From the NCBI GenBank assembly GCA_951406725.2, contig OX597836.1, positions 41,664,001-41,728,000 of the forward strand: a DNA stretch of 64,000 nucleotides. Direction: 5' to 3'. Within the stretch, counting starts at the first letter, position 1; each line of letters starts with the position of its first letter. Position numbers and translations under genes: made by a program. Below, piece by piece: positions 41,157 to 55,844 of the stretch. The notes beneath the pieces were generated by a model. That model searched no databases. It saw only the letters and a list, made by a program, of their open reading frames with translations, and was not told the DNA's origin. The stretch comes from Octopus vulgaris (lineage: Eukaryota).

Positions 41157-41515
41157 CATCTCCACAGTCACTACGATCATCATCAACCACTCGGTGTCAG
41201 ACCAATCCGCCTTGGGTGGCCCTACCAGGAACCGAAGTTCCCGACGGCATAGCTCTGACACTACCCGTTGCCAGCGTCCCCACCACGGTGAGGAAGGGGG
41301 TGGACTTTGGGGACGTTATAATTTATCTGGGAAGGTTTCAATATATTCTAGAACAATGTCGTTGTGCGCATCTGTGCAATAGATTTAATCAGAGGCCGAG
41401 TTACAAGATACGTCAGTCACGTATGTTTAACATTCAGAACGTTAGGCTCGGTCGGCAAAGTAGAGTTATGCTACTGTGTTTATGGACAATTGACGAGCCT
41501 GTATAACATACATTC

Positions 41516-41521
41516 AATAAA
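41516..41521 (+). promoter_or_regulatory. Candidate polyA signal of the claudin-like gene (alternative at 40828)
   Basis: AATAAA followed by GT/T-rich sequence at the end of unique DNA downstream of the stop. Confidence 0.35.
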
Positions 41522-43380
41522 GCTGTTGTGATGGACCTTTTTGTCGAATCTTATATATACTTCTTTTCTTTGTGTAGTTTGTATCATGTGTTTTACATTT
41601 CCACACCGGTTTCCACCGGGTAAATTATGAAGAATATATGAGCAGAGGAGAGACTTTGCTATAAATTGTACAAATACAATTAATATGAAGGTCACGTGAT
41701 CACGTGACCGACCAGGCTATCAGATGTTGTTACACATCGCTGGTCACAATGCGCTTTGCATTGCTTTAGCCTTCAAGTGACGCCACCCCGCTGGCTAAGC
41801 GAGCAGGCCAACAGAAGAAAGAGTGAGAGAAAGGTGTGGCGAAAGAGTACAGCAGGGATCGCCACCACCCTCTTGCCGGAGACTCGTGGAGCTTTTGGTG
41901 TTTTCGCTCAATAAACACTCACAACGCCTGGTCTGGGAATCGAAGCTGCGATCCCTCGACCGCGAGACCGCTGCCCTAACCACTGGGCCATTGCCCCTCC
42001 AATATGAAGATACATTTGAAAATAATCAAACACAGAAGTAGACGTAACATACAATATACTCTCCCTTGGGACACATTGTATGGCTGGTACTCTGATGTAC
42101 ATAAACGGATATATTCGCGTGATCTCTTGCTCAGCGGAATTGCAAAGAGGATGGCAATTGTGTGTTGCGGGTTGTATATATATTTCTTTACTACCCACAA
42201 GGGGCTAAACACAAAGGGTCAAACAAGGACAGACAAACGGATTAAGTCGATTATATCGACCTCAGTGCGTAACTGGTACATATTTAATCGACCCCGAAAG
42301 GATGAAAGGCAAAGTTGACCTCGGCGGAATTTGAACTCAGAACGTAGCGACAGACAAAATATCTATTTCTTTACTACCCACAAGGGGCTAAACACAGAGG
42401 GGACAGACAAGGACAGACAAACGGATTAAGTCGATTACATCGACCCCAGTGCGTAACTGGTACTTATTTAATCGACCCCGAAAGGATGGAAGGCAAAGTC
42501 GATCTCGGCGGAATTTGAACTCAGAACGTAGCGGCAGACGAAATATCTATTTCTTTACTACCCACAAGGGGCTAAACACAAAGGGTCAAACAAGGACAGA
42601 CAAACGGATTAAGTCGATTATATCGACCCCAGTGCGTAACTGGTACTTATTTAATCGACCCCGAAAGGATGAAAGGCAAAGTTGACCTCGGCGGAATTTG
42701 AACTCAGAACGTAGCGGCAGATGAAATATCTATTTCTTTACTACCCACAAGGGGCTAAAAAACACAGAGAGGACAAACAGGGACAGACAAACGGATTAAG
42801 TCGATTACATCGACCCCAGTGCGTAACTGGTACTTATTTAATCGAACCCGAAAGGATGAAAGGCGAAGTCGACCTCGGCGGAATTTGAACTCAGAACGTA
42901 ACGGCAGACCAAATACGGCTACGCATTTCGCCCGGCGTGCTAAAGCTTCTACCGGCAGTGGGTGATTGCACAGAGGCTCCTTCTGATTCATTTTTATAAG
43001 GTTGATGTTTAGCCCCCGGCTCTGCAATGACTTGGCGGCGAGTCTATGATCAAAAGCATTCCAGCCATGCGGGGTTGTATATATATCACAGCACAGAAGC
43101 CGATAATATACAGAAAATCTGCAATATCAAAACACAACAAGTGCAATTTGTTATGCAAATAACTTTGCGAGTGTTCTTTAAGCCGGAAAATCGATATTAA
43201 AATTACAATTTAAAAGTATTTAGAGGCAGGAGCTGTTGTAATAATTATATGGAAAAATATTTCATAATTATATTGAGAAGACTTTTATCGTGTGAATCGA
43301 TTTTTGAGAGGATTGCGTTAAAAGTGAAAAATAACCGCAATTAGAGTGATAATATATACAAAAATATATATGTGAACATG

Positions 43381-43426
<46 letters not shown>

Positions 43427-43452
43427 TATATATATATGTACATATATATATA

Positions 43453-43518
<66 letters not shown>

Positions 43519-43617
43519 CATACATACACTCTCTCACACACACGCACACGTATATGCATACCTATACACCTCCCCCCCCACATACACATAAATATGTGTA
43601 TGTCTATCCACGGACGT

Positions 43618-43664
43618 CTGTCATTGATGAGGCCTAAAAAAGCCGAAATCCAGTGATCTGACAG
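43618..43664 (+). ncRNA. Type I hammerhead ribozyme motif (complete stem III)
   Basis: ctgtca TTGATGA ggc ctaaaaaa gcc GAAA tc cagt ga TC tgacag: 6-bp stem I, C3U core variant, 3-bp stem II, 3-bp stem III; predicted cleavage after C43658. Confidence 0.75.
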
Positions 43665-43863
43665 TTCTGGAGGCCATAGCGGACGGTTATCGCCCGCCAG
43701 CGATATAATCGCGAGTGCTTCTATGCACCACGAATCCGTACGAGAGGCTCTCTCGTGGTAAATAACGCAGTATTCCGTGTTCTAATACAACATCGACTTT
43801 AAGAGAGAGATAAATATTATTTTTTTTTTTGTATTAATACAACTTCTGTCGCTATTTATTATC

Positions 43864-44281
43864 AGGAGTGGCTGTGTGGTAAGTAGCTTGCTTACCAACC
43901 ACATGGTTCCGGGTTCAGTCCCACTGCGTGGCCCCTTGGGCAAGTGTCTTCTACTATAGCCTCGGGCCGACCAAAGCCTTGTGAGTGGATTTGGTAGACG
44001 GAAACTGAAAGAAGCCCATCGTATATATGTATATATATGTATGTGTGTGTGTTTGTTTGTATGTTTGTGTGTCTGTGTTTGTCCCCCCAACATCGCTTGA
44101 CAACCGATGGTGGTGTGTTTACATCCCCGTAACTTAACGGTTCGGCAAAAGAGACCGACAGAATAAGTACTAGGCTTACAAAGAGTAAGTCCTGGGGTCG
44201 ATTTGCTCGACTAAAGGCAGTGCTCCAGCATGGCCACAGTCAAATGACTGAAACAAGTAAAAGAGTAAAAAGAGTAAAGAG
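43864..44281 (+). mobile_element. SINE family A (tRNA-like head, central TA/TG microsatellite, aaagagt tail); representative copy
   Basis: A box tggctgtgtgg, B box ggttcagtccc; other copies ~1935-2327(-), 5496-5898(-), 10735-11240(+, split), 19995-20283(-), 22204-22797(+, split), 34165-34577(-), 35397-35825(+), 45583-45960(+), 53841-54515(-), 56940-57258(-), 60105-60255(+). Confidence 0.9.
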
Positions 44282-44284
44282 TCT

Positions 44285-45430
44285 ATATGCCCGAAGCTCA
44301 ATTCTACACTTATAGCACTTGGCTGGTTTAGAAGCGAAAATCTTTCTGCACCAGTTTTCAACCTCTGTCATTTTTGAACCTCTGTCCGTGCAGGAAATGA
44401 GTCATGACTTGGAAAAGGTAGGAATTTGATGGTGCAAGAGCAGGGTGTAGGCAGGGTGGGGCAGAATTTCCAGCTCCTCATCTTCCTCAAGTTTGCGTTT
44501 GGTCACGTTGGTAGTGTTTGCTGAGGCATTGTCATGCTGTAGGAGTGCGCGACTTCGATTGACCAATGCCGAGTAACTGCCCCACAAAGCGTCGTATACT
44601 CTCTGCAGTTGCTGAATATAAAGGTTAGTGTTCACAGCATGAACATCTCAGATGGTCAAAGTGCAACACACCCTCGAAATCCCACCAAATACACAACATG
44701 ACCTTCTGTTCAAACGGCTTTCTTTGACAACAGGTTCTGAAACCTGGCCAGAACGAGGCCACTGGATTTATCTTATTAGGATTACGAAAATAGATTCACT
44801 TTTCATTCGACACCAAAAACGGGCACCTCAAGGATTTTCCACCAGTTCTTTGCAAATGTTCATGTGTGATTGAGCCTGGCCATTGGTCAGTTCACGAGAA
44901 GCGTCTTCTCGATAGCGTCTGCTCACAAGGCCGAGCTTAGAGAGGTGTTGATTGATGGTGCTTTATGGAAGAGCAAGTTCTGCCGACAATCTACAAGTGC
45001 TTGCGCTCGGCTGTTGTTCAGCGATATAATCGCGAGTGCTTCTATGCACCACGAATCCGTACGAGAAGCTCTCTCGTGGTAAATAACGCAGTATTCCGTG
45101 TTCTAATACAACATCGACTTTAAGTGAGAGATAAATATTATTTTATTTTTGTATTAATACAACTTCTGTCGCTATTTATTATCAGGAGTGGCTGTGTGGT
45201 AAGTAGCTTGCTTACCAACCACATGGTTCTGGGTTCAAGCACAGCCTTATTTCCCACAACAGAAGGCCTCATTGACTTTGGTCTGTCTTCGTCGCTGGTT
45301 TTGCCTTCTTTTATGCGTCTGAACCAGCTTTGTGTTACACGTTTGTTGGCAGTTCCTGGGTCTTCCACATTATTTCTTTTTGCTGCTGTTCTTGCATTCA
45401 GCCCTTTTTTTCCTCATACGTTGCGTAAAA
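44285..45430 (-). mobile_element. Fragmented mariner transposase
   Basis: QSWFRRIKEG..EDRPKSMRP; LLQHDNA...LEILPHPAY; interrupted at 45019-45238. Confidence 0.75.
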
Positions 45431-45439
45431 TGACTCTAC

Positions 45440-46105
45440 TCGAATTTTTTTCGCCCACTCGTTATCGAAGCTGCAAAATAAAGAAAAAGCAATTCAGCTA
45501 AGTGAAGCAGTGATGCAGTACGAAGTTTTGTCAGTGAACAGGTCGCGGTCTCAAAGCGACGAAAATATTTTGAAAAATTAAACCAGCCACATGGTTCCGG
45601 GTTCAGTCCCACTGCGTGGCATCTTGGGCAGGTGTCTTCTGCTATAGCCCCGGGCCGACCAAAGCCTTGTGAGTGGATTTGGTAGACGAAAACTGAAAGA
45701 AGCCTGTCGTATATGTGTATATATGTATGTATGTATGTGTGTGTATGTGTTTCTGTGTCTGTGTTTGTCACCCTAGCATTGCTTGACAACCGATGCTGGT
45801 GTGTTTACGTCCCCGTCACTTAGCGGTTCGGCAAAAGAGATCGATAGAATAAGTACTGGGCTTACAAAGAATAAGTCCCGGGGTCGATTTGCTCGACTAA
45901 AGGTGGTGCTCCAGCATGGCCGCAGTCAAATGACTGAAACAAGTAAAAGAGTAAAAGAGACAGAGTAAATGTTGAAGTGAATCTAACGGTTTTGTGTGTT
46001 TCTTGAATGGTTTATAAACACACCTTCCACGCTGCAATTGTTTTCGTTCCAGCACACGATCTCAGATCAAGTCACTCGCTATGCAAGTACATATCCGTAA
46101 TTCAG
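45440..46105. mobile_element. MITE-like family D, interrupted by SINE A; other copies ~48330-48530 and 62895-63300
   Basis: Shared tttgtcagtgaacaggtcgcggtctcaaagcgacgaaaatattttg...gctatgcaagtac. Confidence 0.6.
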
Positions 46106-46846
46106 TAAGATTGGACAACAAGTTGTGTCAAATTGATAATATAACATGGAGATACAAGTTGCCCAAAATCGCCAGTAAAAATCCGAAAGAACTGTTGACT
46201 CAACCTGGTACACACAAACACACACATCTATACACGCATCCACACATTCATACATACATACATATACATACATACATACACACACACACACATACATACA
46301 TACATACATACATACATACATACATACATACATGCATGCATGCATGCATACATACATACATACATACATACATACATACATACATACATACAAACAAACA
46401 TACATATAGACGGACAGACACACACACACACACACATAAACTGAAACCTGTTTTCTTCGCTCCATAAGCTCTATTCATATTTTCAATTTCGAACTTTTTG
46501 AGTTCTCACCTATATAAAAAAAAAGAATTTTTAAAGAATTTCGCCTCGTCATCGCCAAAAAAAGCATTGTGAAAACTCCATGAAAAAACCTGAAAAAAAA
46601 AAAGCATCGCAAAAACATCACAGTAACAGGAAATTATAGGCGAAATGAAATAGATTTAAAATAATCTTTTTATATTTATAAAAATCAATTTATCGAATGG
46701 TGTAATTTGAAATATATTAAAAACTAATATATATATATATATATATATGGGATATTGTCACGTGATCATAAATAAATAAATGGAAGCATTAATCTTGAGA
46801 TTGTCTTCTTTGAAGATTATCATATAACAAGCGTCGAGAATGGCGG

Positions 46847-46908
<62 letters not shown>

Positions 46909-47082
46909 GACAGAAAGAAAGAGTAGTACTAGTAGTGCTGATGGTACTGGTGGTGTTGGTGGTAGATGTGTTTGTGAGAGTAATAGGGTGAGAATCTAGG
47001 TGAGAGAGATAGATAGATAGATAGATAGAGAGAGAGAGGCAGAGACAGAGACAGGGAAGTATCAATTATTGTACTAGAAAGG

Positions 47083-47172
<90 letters not shown>

Positions 47173-47185
47173 GCTACTACTACTG

Positions 47186-47219
<34 letters not shown>

Positions 47220-48795
47220 CACTACTACAAACACTACTACTACTACTACTACTACTACTAGCACTACTACCAACACTACTACTACTACTACCACTAGCAC
47301 TACCACTACTACCAACACTACTACTACTACTACTACTACTACTAATAATAATAATAATAGTAGTAGTAGTAGTAGTAGTAGTAGCGGTGGTGGTGGTGGT
47401 GGTGGTAGTTGAGTAGAATAAAATATATTGTTTGTTTGTGCGAGTAATGAGGGTAATATTGGAGTGAGAGAGAGAGAGAGAGAAAAGTCAGAGAGAAAGG
47501 AGTTTGTGTTTATATGTATACTAGACTACTCGTGATTCATTGAGAAACTCTGAGTTTCCCAGCAACAGAATTTTCTTTCGTGGGTTGGAAAGATTTGGTT
47601 GCTATTTCTTGCACGCCCTGTATTTCGGGTCCTTCATCGCAAATACCTGTTACGTGGCAGCAGGGTGTCCTGGAAATAGCAGCCAAATCTTTGGCGGGGA
47701 GATACGTTGAATGCACTCGAAAAAAAACTATTTCACTCTGAATTTATGAATGGATCTACCGTATTTTTAAAGTCATTTTCACTTTAGAATATTTTTTGAA
47801 TATGCCAAAAATATTTTGTAATGGTATTCACTTGAAAATAATTTAAAAAAACATTATTGCCTGTTCAAAGAAAGCTAAAATATATGTACTTACTGCATAA
47901 ACAGCTTACATTTTTGAAATCACATTCACTTAAACATATTTGCAAATGATTAAAATATTTTGTTTAACAAAATCGAAAACAGAAATAGTAAAATAAAAAA
48001 ATAAATCGTTCTTTTTCCGTTGTCAACCCACTGACTAATAGAAAGATAAGAGTTTCTTCCCTTTCAGGATGAAGATTATTTTAGGAACATTTTCTAATTA
48101 TGCACGGTTTTGGGTATTTATACCCCCGAAAATCTCCAATATCATGAAAAATACTTTACCGATTTACGCGAAACTTGTTTTATTCGATTCGTATTAACAT
48201 TTCAGGGTAAACTTAATTCATGTTGCAGCGTGGAAGGAATTTTATTTTATGTCTTCGTAAAAGCGTACATAATACTATACAATCCACCATCATCAGATAA
48301 AGTTTTAAATAGGTAAGGTTTTAAACAATTCGTGCTGACGAAGTTTTGGTCAATGAATAGGTCGCAGTCTCAAAGCGACGAAAATATTTTGACAAATTAA
48401 ATTTAAATGTTGAAGTGACTCTAACGGTTTCTGTGTGTTGCTTAAATGGCTTATAAACACCGTCCACGCTGCAATTGTTTTCGTTCCAGCTCACGATCTC
48501 AGATCAGGTCACTTGCTATGCAAGTACTTCTCCTTAATTCATGTTATTTTTCCCATTATGCGCCAGTTTCGCATAATGGGAAAATAACAAGCAAGCAAGC
48601 AAGACTGAAACTGACTTTTAATGCATTATAGATATGTATTCGTATGTAAATGCATGTAAATGCGTTCGCAGATCATACTCATAAAGACACTTATTCCATT
48701 CTCCATTCCTGATCGATTTATGCACCAATTAGGCATGGTGTCAACAATAGCTACAGAAATTCGAATGCGGCTAATCAAGTAACTTTATTTAGCTC

Positions 48796-48850
48796 AACTG
48801 CGGCTGATGAGGCAAACAGCCATCGAAACAGCTAGTTGTCGTGCGAAGTT
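48796..48850 (+). ncRNA. Degenerate hammerhead motif
   Basis: CTGATGA ggc aaaca gcc atc GAAAC agctagtt GTC; core and stem III intact, stem I poorly paired. Confidence 0.5.
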
Positions 48851-50155
48851 ACTCGCAGCAAATATTAACTATTTTCTTAGTGCGATATATTTGAGATCCA
48901 ATTTATATATATAAAGAATCTGGGTACTTTACCAACAGTATATTTGATAAATGCTATCCCATAGTGGGTTACACCCATAACTCCTATCTTACTTTGTACT
49001 ATATATATATATATATATCACTGGTGCCAATCTGTATTGGCCTTGGCTTTCTCTTGAATAACATCAGTGGCGTGGAACAGGGAGGCTGGTATGCATGGGC
49101 GACTGCTAGTCTTTCATAAAAACAATCTTGCCCGGACTTGTACCTCAGAGAGTAACTTTCTAGGTGCAATCCCATGGTCATTCATGACTGAAGGGTCTTT
49201 AAGGATTCTTTAATAATCAAAGCACTTCGACATATAAGACGCCAAATATAAACACAAAAAGCTCACAATGAAATTAAAGAACACTGTAGACTGAGAATGC
49301 AAGTGCTGGCAGGATACTGTAGATATGCAAGGACCAAATCCAGTTTGCAACCCTTAAAATATGCGACTGCTGTTTCCGTAGGAATTTTATTTTATGTCTT
49401 CTTAAAAGCGTACATAATATTATACAATCCACCATCATCAGATAAAGTTTTAAACAGGTAAGATTTCAAACAATCGACCTGGACATAGCCAGCATTTATA
49501 TATAATTAGTGAACCGAGTGGTGCATTGTGGTCTTGAGCAAAACATATTATTGCATGTTGCTTTAGTCCAGTTCGCTGTGAATGAATGCCAGCAAAAGCC
49601 GTGAAATTAATCCTATGACGGACTGGTTTCCCGTTCAGCGCGTAGTGTTGTAATATCTCAGCCATTGATACACTATGGAAACTGGTTTATTTTCCTCTTT
49701 ATGAGCTCAGGGACTCCTGGTATACTTATAACAGGCAGAATTCTTTATATGGGTCCGGGACATCAGAGAGGTGTTTATTTCTAGCAGGAATCTTATCCCA
49801 CTACTACCCCCATACCATCACCTCACCCCCACACCCGCACCAACACGCCACACCACTATAACAACACACCACATCACAGCACACACCAGCAACCGCACAC
49901 CCACACGCCAACATCCGCACACTCACACTCCATCATCCACAAACGCACACAATTGAGCACGCACACATCCACACATACACACACACACATCCACACACAC
50001 GCAAGCGCATCTTCGTTTTGGGATCACCAATACTTTATTATCTCCCCTTCTCTTTATTTCTCCTGTCAAATCTTTTTTTTCCAACCAGTCACCATGCTTG
50101 ACCTCTAAATCCACAAGTTTTATTTTTATTCTCTCTCTGTTTATTTTCTCTTATT

Positions 50156-50192
50156 CCTTTCTGTTGAAGAGCGTAGGCTCGAAACGTAAAGG
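50156..50192 (+). ncRNA. Minimal hammerhead motif (GAGC family, A6U variant)
   Basis: cttt CTGTTGA a gagc gtag gctc GAAACGTA aagg. Confidence 0.5.
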
Positions 50193-50630
50193 ACTCACCT
50201 TCCTGAGCGTCAATCATGTGCTGTGTATGAACTTGAACTCCACCCGTTACTAAGGCCTTCATTCGAGAGTTCCAAGGTCTTGAGGAATTTGGAACCACTT
50301 TTGATCTATGATTGGTCCTAGGTCTGCTTTGAGCAGGAGTAGTAAGGAAAAGGCTATGAGAGTCAACCTTGATAGCAAATTAAGGAATAGAGTCCATCAT
50401 GTGGTCCGGTTCCCTTCTTTGACATCCTTCCGGCAAATCCAGGACAGGTGCGGCTCTTTAGAACTGTGAAGCTATTCACCAAGGAGAAGGCCACTCCAGC
50501 GTAAACAGTACAGCTTACTTGTTGCCGTAGCCGTCTTAGACCGCTGAGCCACTCTGGCCAAGTCTAAGGAGTGGAATTCGCTTGTTGTTCATACACCTGT
50601 TTCCGTCTTTTGTTTTTTTCTCTAAATTTC

Positions 50631-50774
<144 letters not shown>

Positions 50775-51184
50775 TATATATATATACATACATATATATA
50801 TATACATGCATATATATGGAAGAACTCCGTCGGTTACGACGACGAGGGTTCCGGTTGATCCGATCAACGGAACAGCCTGTTCGTGAAATTAACGTGTAAG
50901 TGGCTGAGCACTCCACAGACACGTGTACCCTTAACGTAGTTCTCGGGGATATTCAGCGTGACACAGAGAGTGACAAGACCGGCCCTTTGAAATACAGGCA
51001 CAACAGAAACAGGAAGTAAAAGTGAGAGAAAGTTGTGGGGAAAGAGTACAGCAGGGATCACCACCATCCCCTGCCGGAGCCTTGTGGGACTTTAGGTGTT
51101 TTCGCTCAATAAACACTCACAACGCCCGGTCTGGGAATCGAAACCGCGATCCTACGACCGCGAGTCCGCTGCCCTAACCACTGG

Positions 51185-51322
<138 letters not shown>

Positions 51323-51358
51323 GATGTCCGATGGATGTACTTGGTACAGACATAATTG

Positions 51359-51420
<62 letters not shown>

Positions 51421-51766
51421 ATTAATAGTAATTTTTATTGACTTTTACGGGTTTATAATTTTATGAACTGAACTGTGTGTTTTTTTATTATTTTTCATGT
51501 ATAGGTCTGATTTTAATTTAAATGTGAGTGTGCATATATTTTCCTGTGTGTTAGTTTTTAGAACTAATTAGCCCAATATGTAGAATAACTGTGTTTGTTA
51601 ATATATATTGATATATTTTGTTTTGTTTATTTTGTATTATTGTATTAATGAGTATATATATATATATGTAGTATTATGAGTGTCTATGCACACGTTTTTA
51701 TATTTTATATTTTTATATTTATATGTATAAAAAAAAATTTTTTTTCACACTTATAATAAATTAAAT

Positions 51767-51870
51767 TCTCTGAATGGGGCATCCTTGTTAATGTCTCATT
51801 TATACCTGCCTTATATGGCTTATAGGTTAAATGAGGCATGCTTGCCCTTACGGCCGAAACAGCTGTCAGA
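51767..51870 (+). ncRNA. Hammerhead motif with extended stem II (same family as 24441)
   Basis: tct CTGAATG gggc...ggcc GAAAC agct GTC aga; internal atgtctcattta/taaatgaggcat hairpin; core deviates from CUGANGA. Confidence 0.55.
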
Positions 51871-52099
51871 TATGATATAATTATATATTATATTTTATAT
51901 TTTATATGTCTGTTTCATTGTCTAATTATATTTACTATATATTTTGTATAATGCCTTTACTGTTATGTAATGGTGTAATAAAGTATTGATTGGGTATCAT
52001 CTGATGGTTGATATTTGATTGATTTAAGTATGTTTCTCCATTTTCTAATTTTGTAGTATATATGTATATATACATACATACATATATATATATATATAC

Positions 52100-52193
<94 letters not shown>

Positions 52194-52302
52194 ATAATTT
52201 GAGTACACAACTGAAAGAGCTACTAATAGTGTGCTATTATGATACTTGAACAGGCGTATTTAATAAATACGCCATGTATCATAAGCCACTCTTCAAGGCT
52301 CT

Positions 52303-52344
<42 letters not shown>

Positions 52345-52368
52345 ACGATATATGCAAGTAAGTATAAA

Positions 52369-52416
<48 letters not shown>

Positions 52417-52780
52417 CAAGGAAGCTGGACAATAAGAAAATAAGAAAACGCATGGGAAAAACGTGAGGAAGGTTTGTGCAAAAAATGTAACAATAAAAAA
52501 TAAACGAAATCAAGAAAACTAAGATCCTAGTCCTCCTTGATTACAGAAAGTTTATTAAATGCAACTATATCTGTAATGTAATATGTGGCAATTATTCGGT
52601 AGCCATGATAAAACTCTGAGTTTCGGATATCAGGGCGGAAATCCACGCCGCCATCTCTTGTTATCCGGCCATCGGGAAAAAATTATATGAGGATTTCTAC
52701 CTCGGCATCCGAAACTCGGAGTTTCATCATGGCTACCGAATAATTGTCACATATTACATTTACACACACACACACACACA

Positions 52781-52859
<79 letters not shown>

Positions 52860-53293
52860 ACACACACACATATATATATTTATGTACCTGTACAACACAA
52901 ACGTGCGCACGCAAACACACACGTACATACAAAGAAACTCGTTTGTATATGCGTATACACACATGACACACAAACATACAACGATATACATTTGCAAACT
53001 GGTCGAATCGTTAACGCGCCGGGCAGGCAAAATGCATAGCCGTATTTCGTCTGCCGCTACGTTCTGAGTTCAAATTCCGCCGGGGTCGACTTTGCCTTTC
53101 ATCCTTTCGGAGTCGATAAATGAAGTACCAGTTACGCACTGGGGTCGATGTAATCGACTTAATCCCTTTGTCTGTTCTTGTTTGTCCCCTCTGTGTTTAG
53201 CCCCTTGTGGGTAGTAAAGAAATAGATATACATTTGCCCGCACTAACACACACGTCCATGCGCGAAGGTATGCACACACACACACGCACACAC

Positions 53294-53384
<91 letters not shown>

Positions 53385-53784
53385 TTTGAACTTTGGAATT
53401 TGTGGAGACTGCCGCATTACTAACAAAGGGAAATAGCTCCGTCTTGACTACTGCGTGTGAAAACGTTATTGATTATCTCCCTTGTATTTGAAATTCTTTT
53501 CGGCCACTCTCAATGTCGATGGTTCGACTAATCTGAAAAAATAACGAAACCATTGATTCGTTATCGATCTCAGATTTGGAACGATTTTAATTATATCTTT
53601 GAAAAATAGTAAGGACAAGCATGAGTGTGAATGCACTCTTTAAGAGTCATTGACTTCGATCTCTCTCCCTCCTTTCATCACATAGGTATGTGTGTGCGTT
53701 GTTGTGAGTGTGTCTGTGTGTGTGTGTGTGTATGCGTGCGCGCTCGTGTGCGTGTGTGTGTGTGCGTGTGTATGCGTGTGTGTG

Positions 53785-53823
<39 letters not shown>

Positions 53824-54064
53824 TTATATAGTCTTTGCTCTCTCTTTTACTCTTTTACTTGCTTCAGTCATGTGACTGTGGCCATGCTGGAGCACCGCGT
53901 TTTAGTCGAGCAAATCGACCCCAAGACTTATTCTTTGTAAGCCTAGTACTTATTCTATCGGTTCTCCTTTGCCGAACCGCTAAGTTAGAGAGACGTAAAC
54001 ACACCAGCATCGGTTGTCAAGCGATGTTGTGGGGACAAACACAGACACACAAACACATGCACAT

Positions 54065-54105
<41 letters not shown>

Positions 54106-54846
54106 CGAGGCGGCGAGCTGGTAGAATCGTTAACACGCCGGGCGAAATTCGTAGCCGTATTTCGTGTCGTTACGTTCCGAGTTCAAATTCCGCCGAGGTC
54201 GATTTTGCCTTTCATCCTTTCGGGGTCGATAAATTAAGTACCAGTTACGCACTGGGGTCGATGTAGTCGACTTAATCCGTTTGTCTGTCCTTGTTTGTCT
54301 CCTCTGTATTTAGCCCTTTGTGGGTAGTAAAGATATATATATACATATATACGACGGGCTTCTTTCAGTTTCCGTCCACCAAATCCACTCACAAGGCTTT
54401 GGTCGGCCCGAGGCTACAGTAGAAGACACTTGCCCAAGATGCCACGCAGTGGGACTGAACCCGGAACCATGTGATTGGTAAGCAAACTACTTACCACACA
54501 GCCACTGCTGCGCCTATATACATATATATACATATATATCACCGTGTTCTCCGTGACCGACCAGGCTATCAGATGTTGCTACACATCGCTGATCACAATG
54601 CGCTTTGCATTATTTGAGCCTTCAAATAACGCCACCCCGCTGGCTAAGGGAGCAGGCCAACAGAAGAGAGAGTGAGAGAAAGTTGTGGCGAAAGAGTACA
54701 GCAGGGGTCGCCACCACCCCTGCCGGAGACTCGTGGAGCTTTAGGTGTTTTCGCTCAATAAACACTCACAACGCCCGGTCTGGGAATCGAAACCGCGATC
54801 CTACAACTGCGAGTCCGCTGTCCCAACCACTGGGCTATTGCGCCTC

Positions 54847-54950
<104 letters not shown>

Positions 54951-55180
54951 TTGAAATTTACAGAAAAAACAAAAGACGAAGACAGGTGTATAAACAATTA
55001 ATTAAGCAGGGTTGTTAGGGTTGCCGGTTTAGACAGAATGGTTTACCCTTGCGACTATTCTACTTAAATAGGTTAAGATCAGTAGACGGTTCATTGTTTT
55101 TTTATATATGTATTTACAAATATGTATGTATGTATGCATATTTTATATATATTTATATATATTTTTATGTATATTTTAAT

Positions 55181-55420
55181 CATATCTGTCGGGCATGTGG
55201 AAGAGGGTGTAATTCGACAGGAGGACTTAAACGACATGCAAAGCTACATGAGGCCCAGTTACAACTACAGCCAGCTATTACCGGTAAAGGTTTTAGCTGC
55301 CAATTCTGTACAAGACATTGTAGATCTTTAGCTGGGCTAAAAAGTCACATTCGATCACAGCACCAATAACAGTTAATCTTCGTGCAATGGCCATACTCGA
55401 TAACGAGGGTTCAGCATAAT
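55181..55420 (+). mobile_element. 5'-truncated LINE 3' end with two C2H2 fingers (RTE/BovB-like)
   Basis: CRACGRGCNSTGGLKRHAKLH and CQFCTRHCRSLAGLKSHIRSQH*; short UTR ending in a TA tail; no splice acceptor. Confidence 0.65.
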
Positions 55421-55481
55421 ATATATATAAATATATATATGTGTGCGTGTGTGTGTATGTGTGTGTGTGTGAGTGTGTGTG

Positions 55482-55775
55482 TGGAGGTGTAATGGCCCAG
55501 TGGTTAGGGCAGCGGACTCGCGGTTTCGATTCCCAGAGCGGGCGTTGTGAGTGTTTATTGAGCGAAAACACCCAACGCTCCACGAGGCTCCGGCAGGGGA
55601 TGGTGGTGATCCCTGCTGTACTCTTTCGCCACAACTTTCTCTCACTCTTTCTTCTGTTGGCCTGCTCGCTTAGCCAGCGGGGTGGCGTCATTTGGAGGCT
55701 AAAACAATGCGAAGCGCATTGTGACCAGCGATGTGTAACAACATCTGATAGCCTGGTCGGTCACGGTGATGTGAT
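55482..55775 (+). mobile_element. SINE family B, tail type 1 (RTE-derived tail)
   Basis: Same head as type 2; tail cattgtgaccagcgatgt...ggtcacggtgat; also 41690-42001(-), 54538-54848(-), 60366-60680(+), 36641-36735 (tail only). Confidence 0.9.
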
Positions 55776-55844
55776 ATATGTATGTATGCATATTTTGTAA
55801 ATCAAACTCAAGCGTGTTTATTTGTTTATTTGTATCATTACGAG

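Noticed and set aside
55049-55369. Host C2H2 zinc-finger gene
   Set aside because: Only two fingers, no TGEKP linker or acceptor; ends in a retroelement-like tail
55482-55545. tRNA genes in SINE heads
   Set aside because: No complete cloverleaf; each continues into a SINE body and tail
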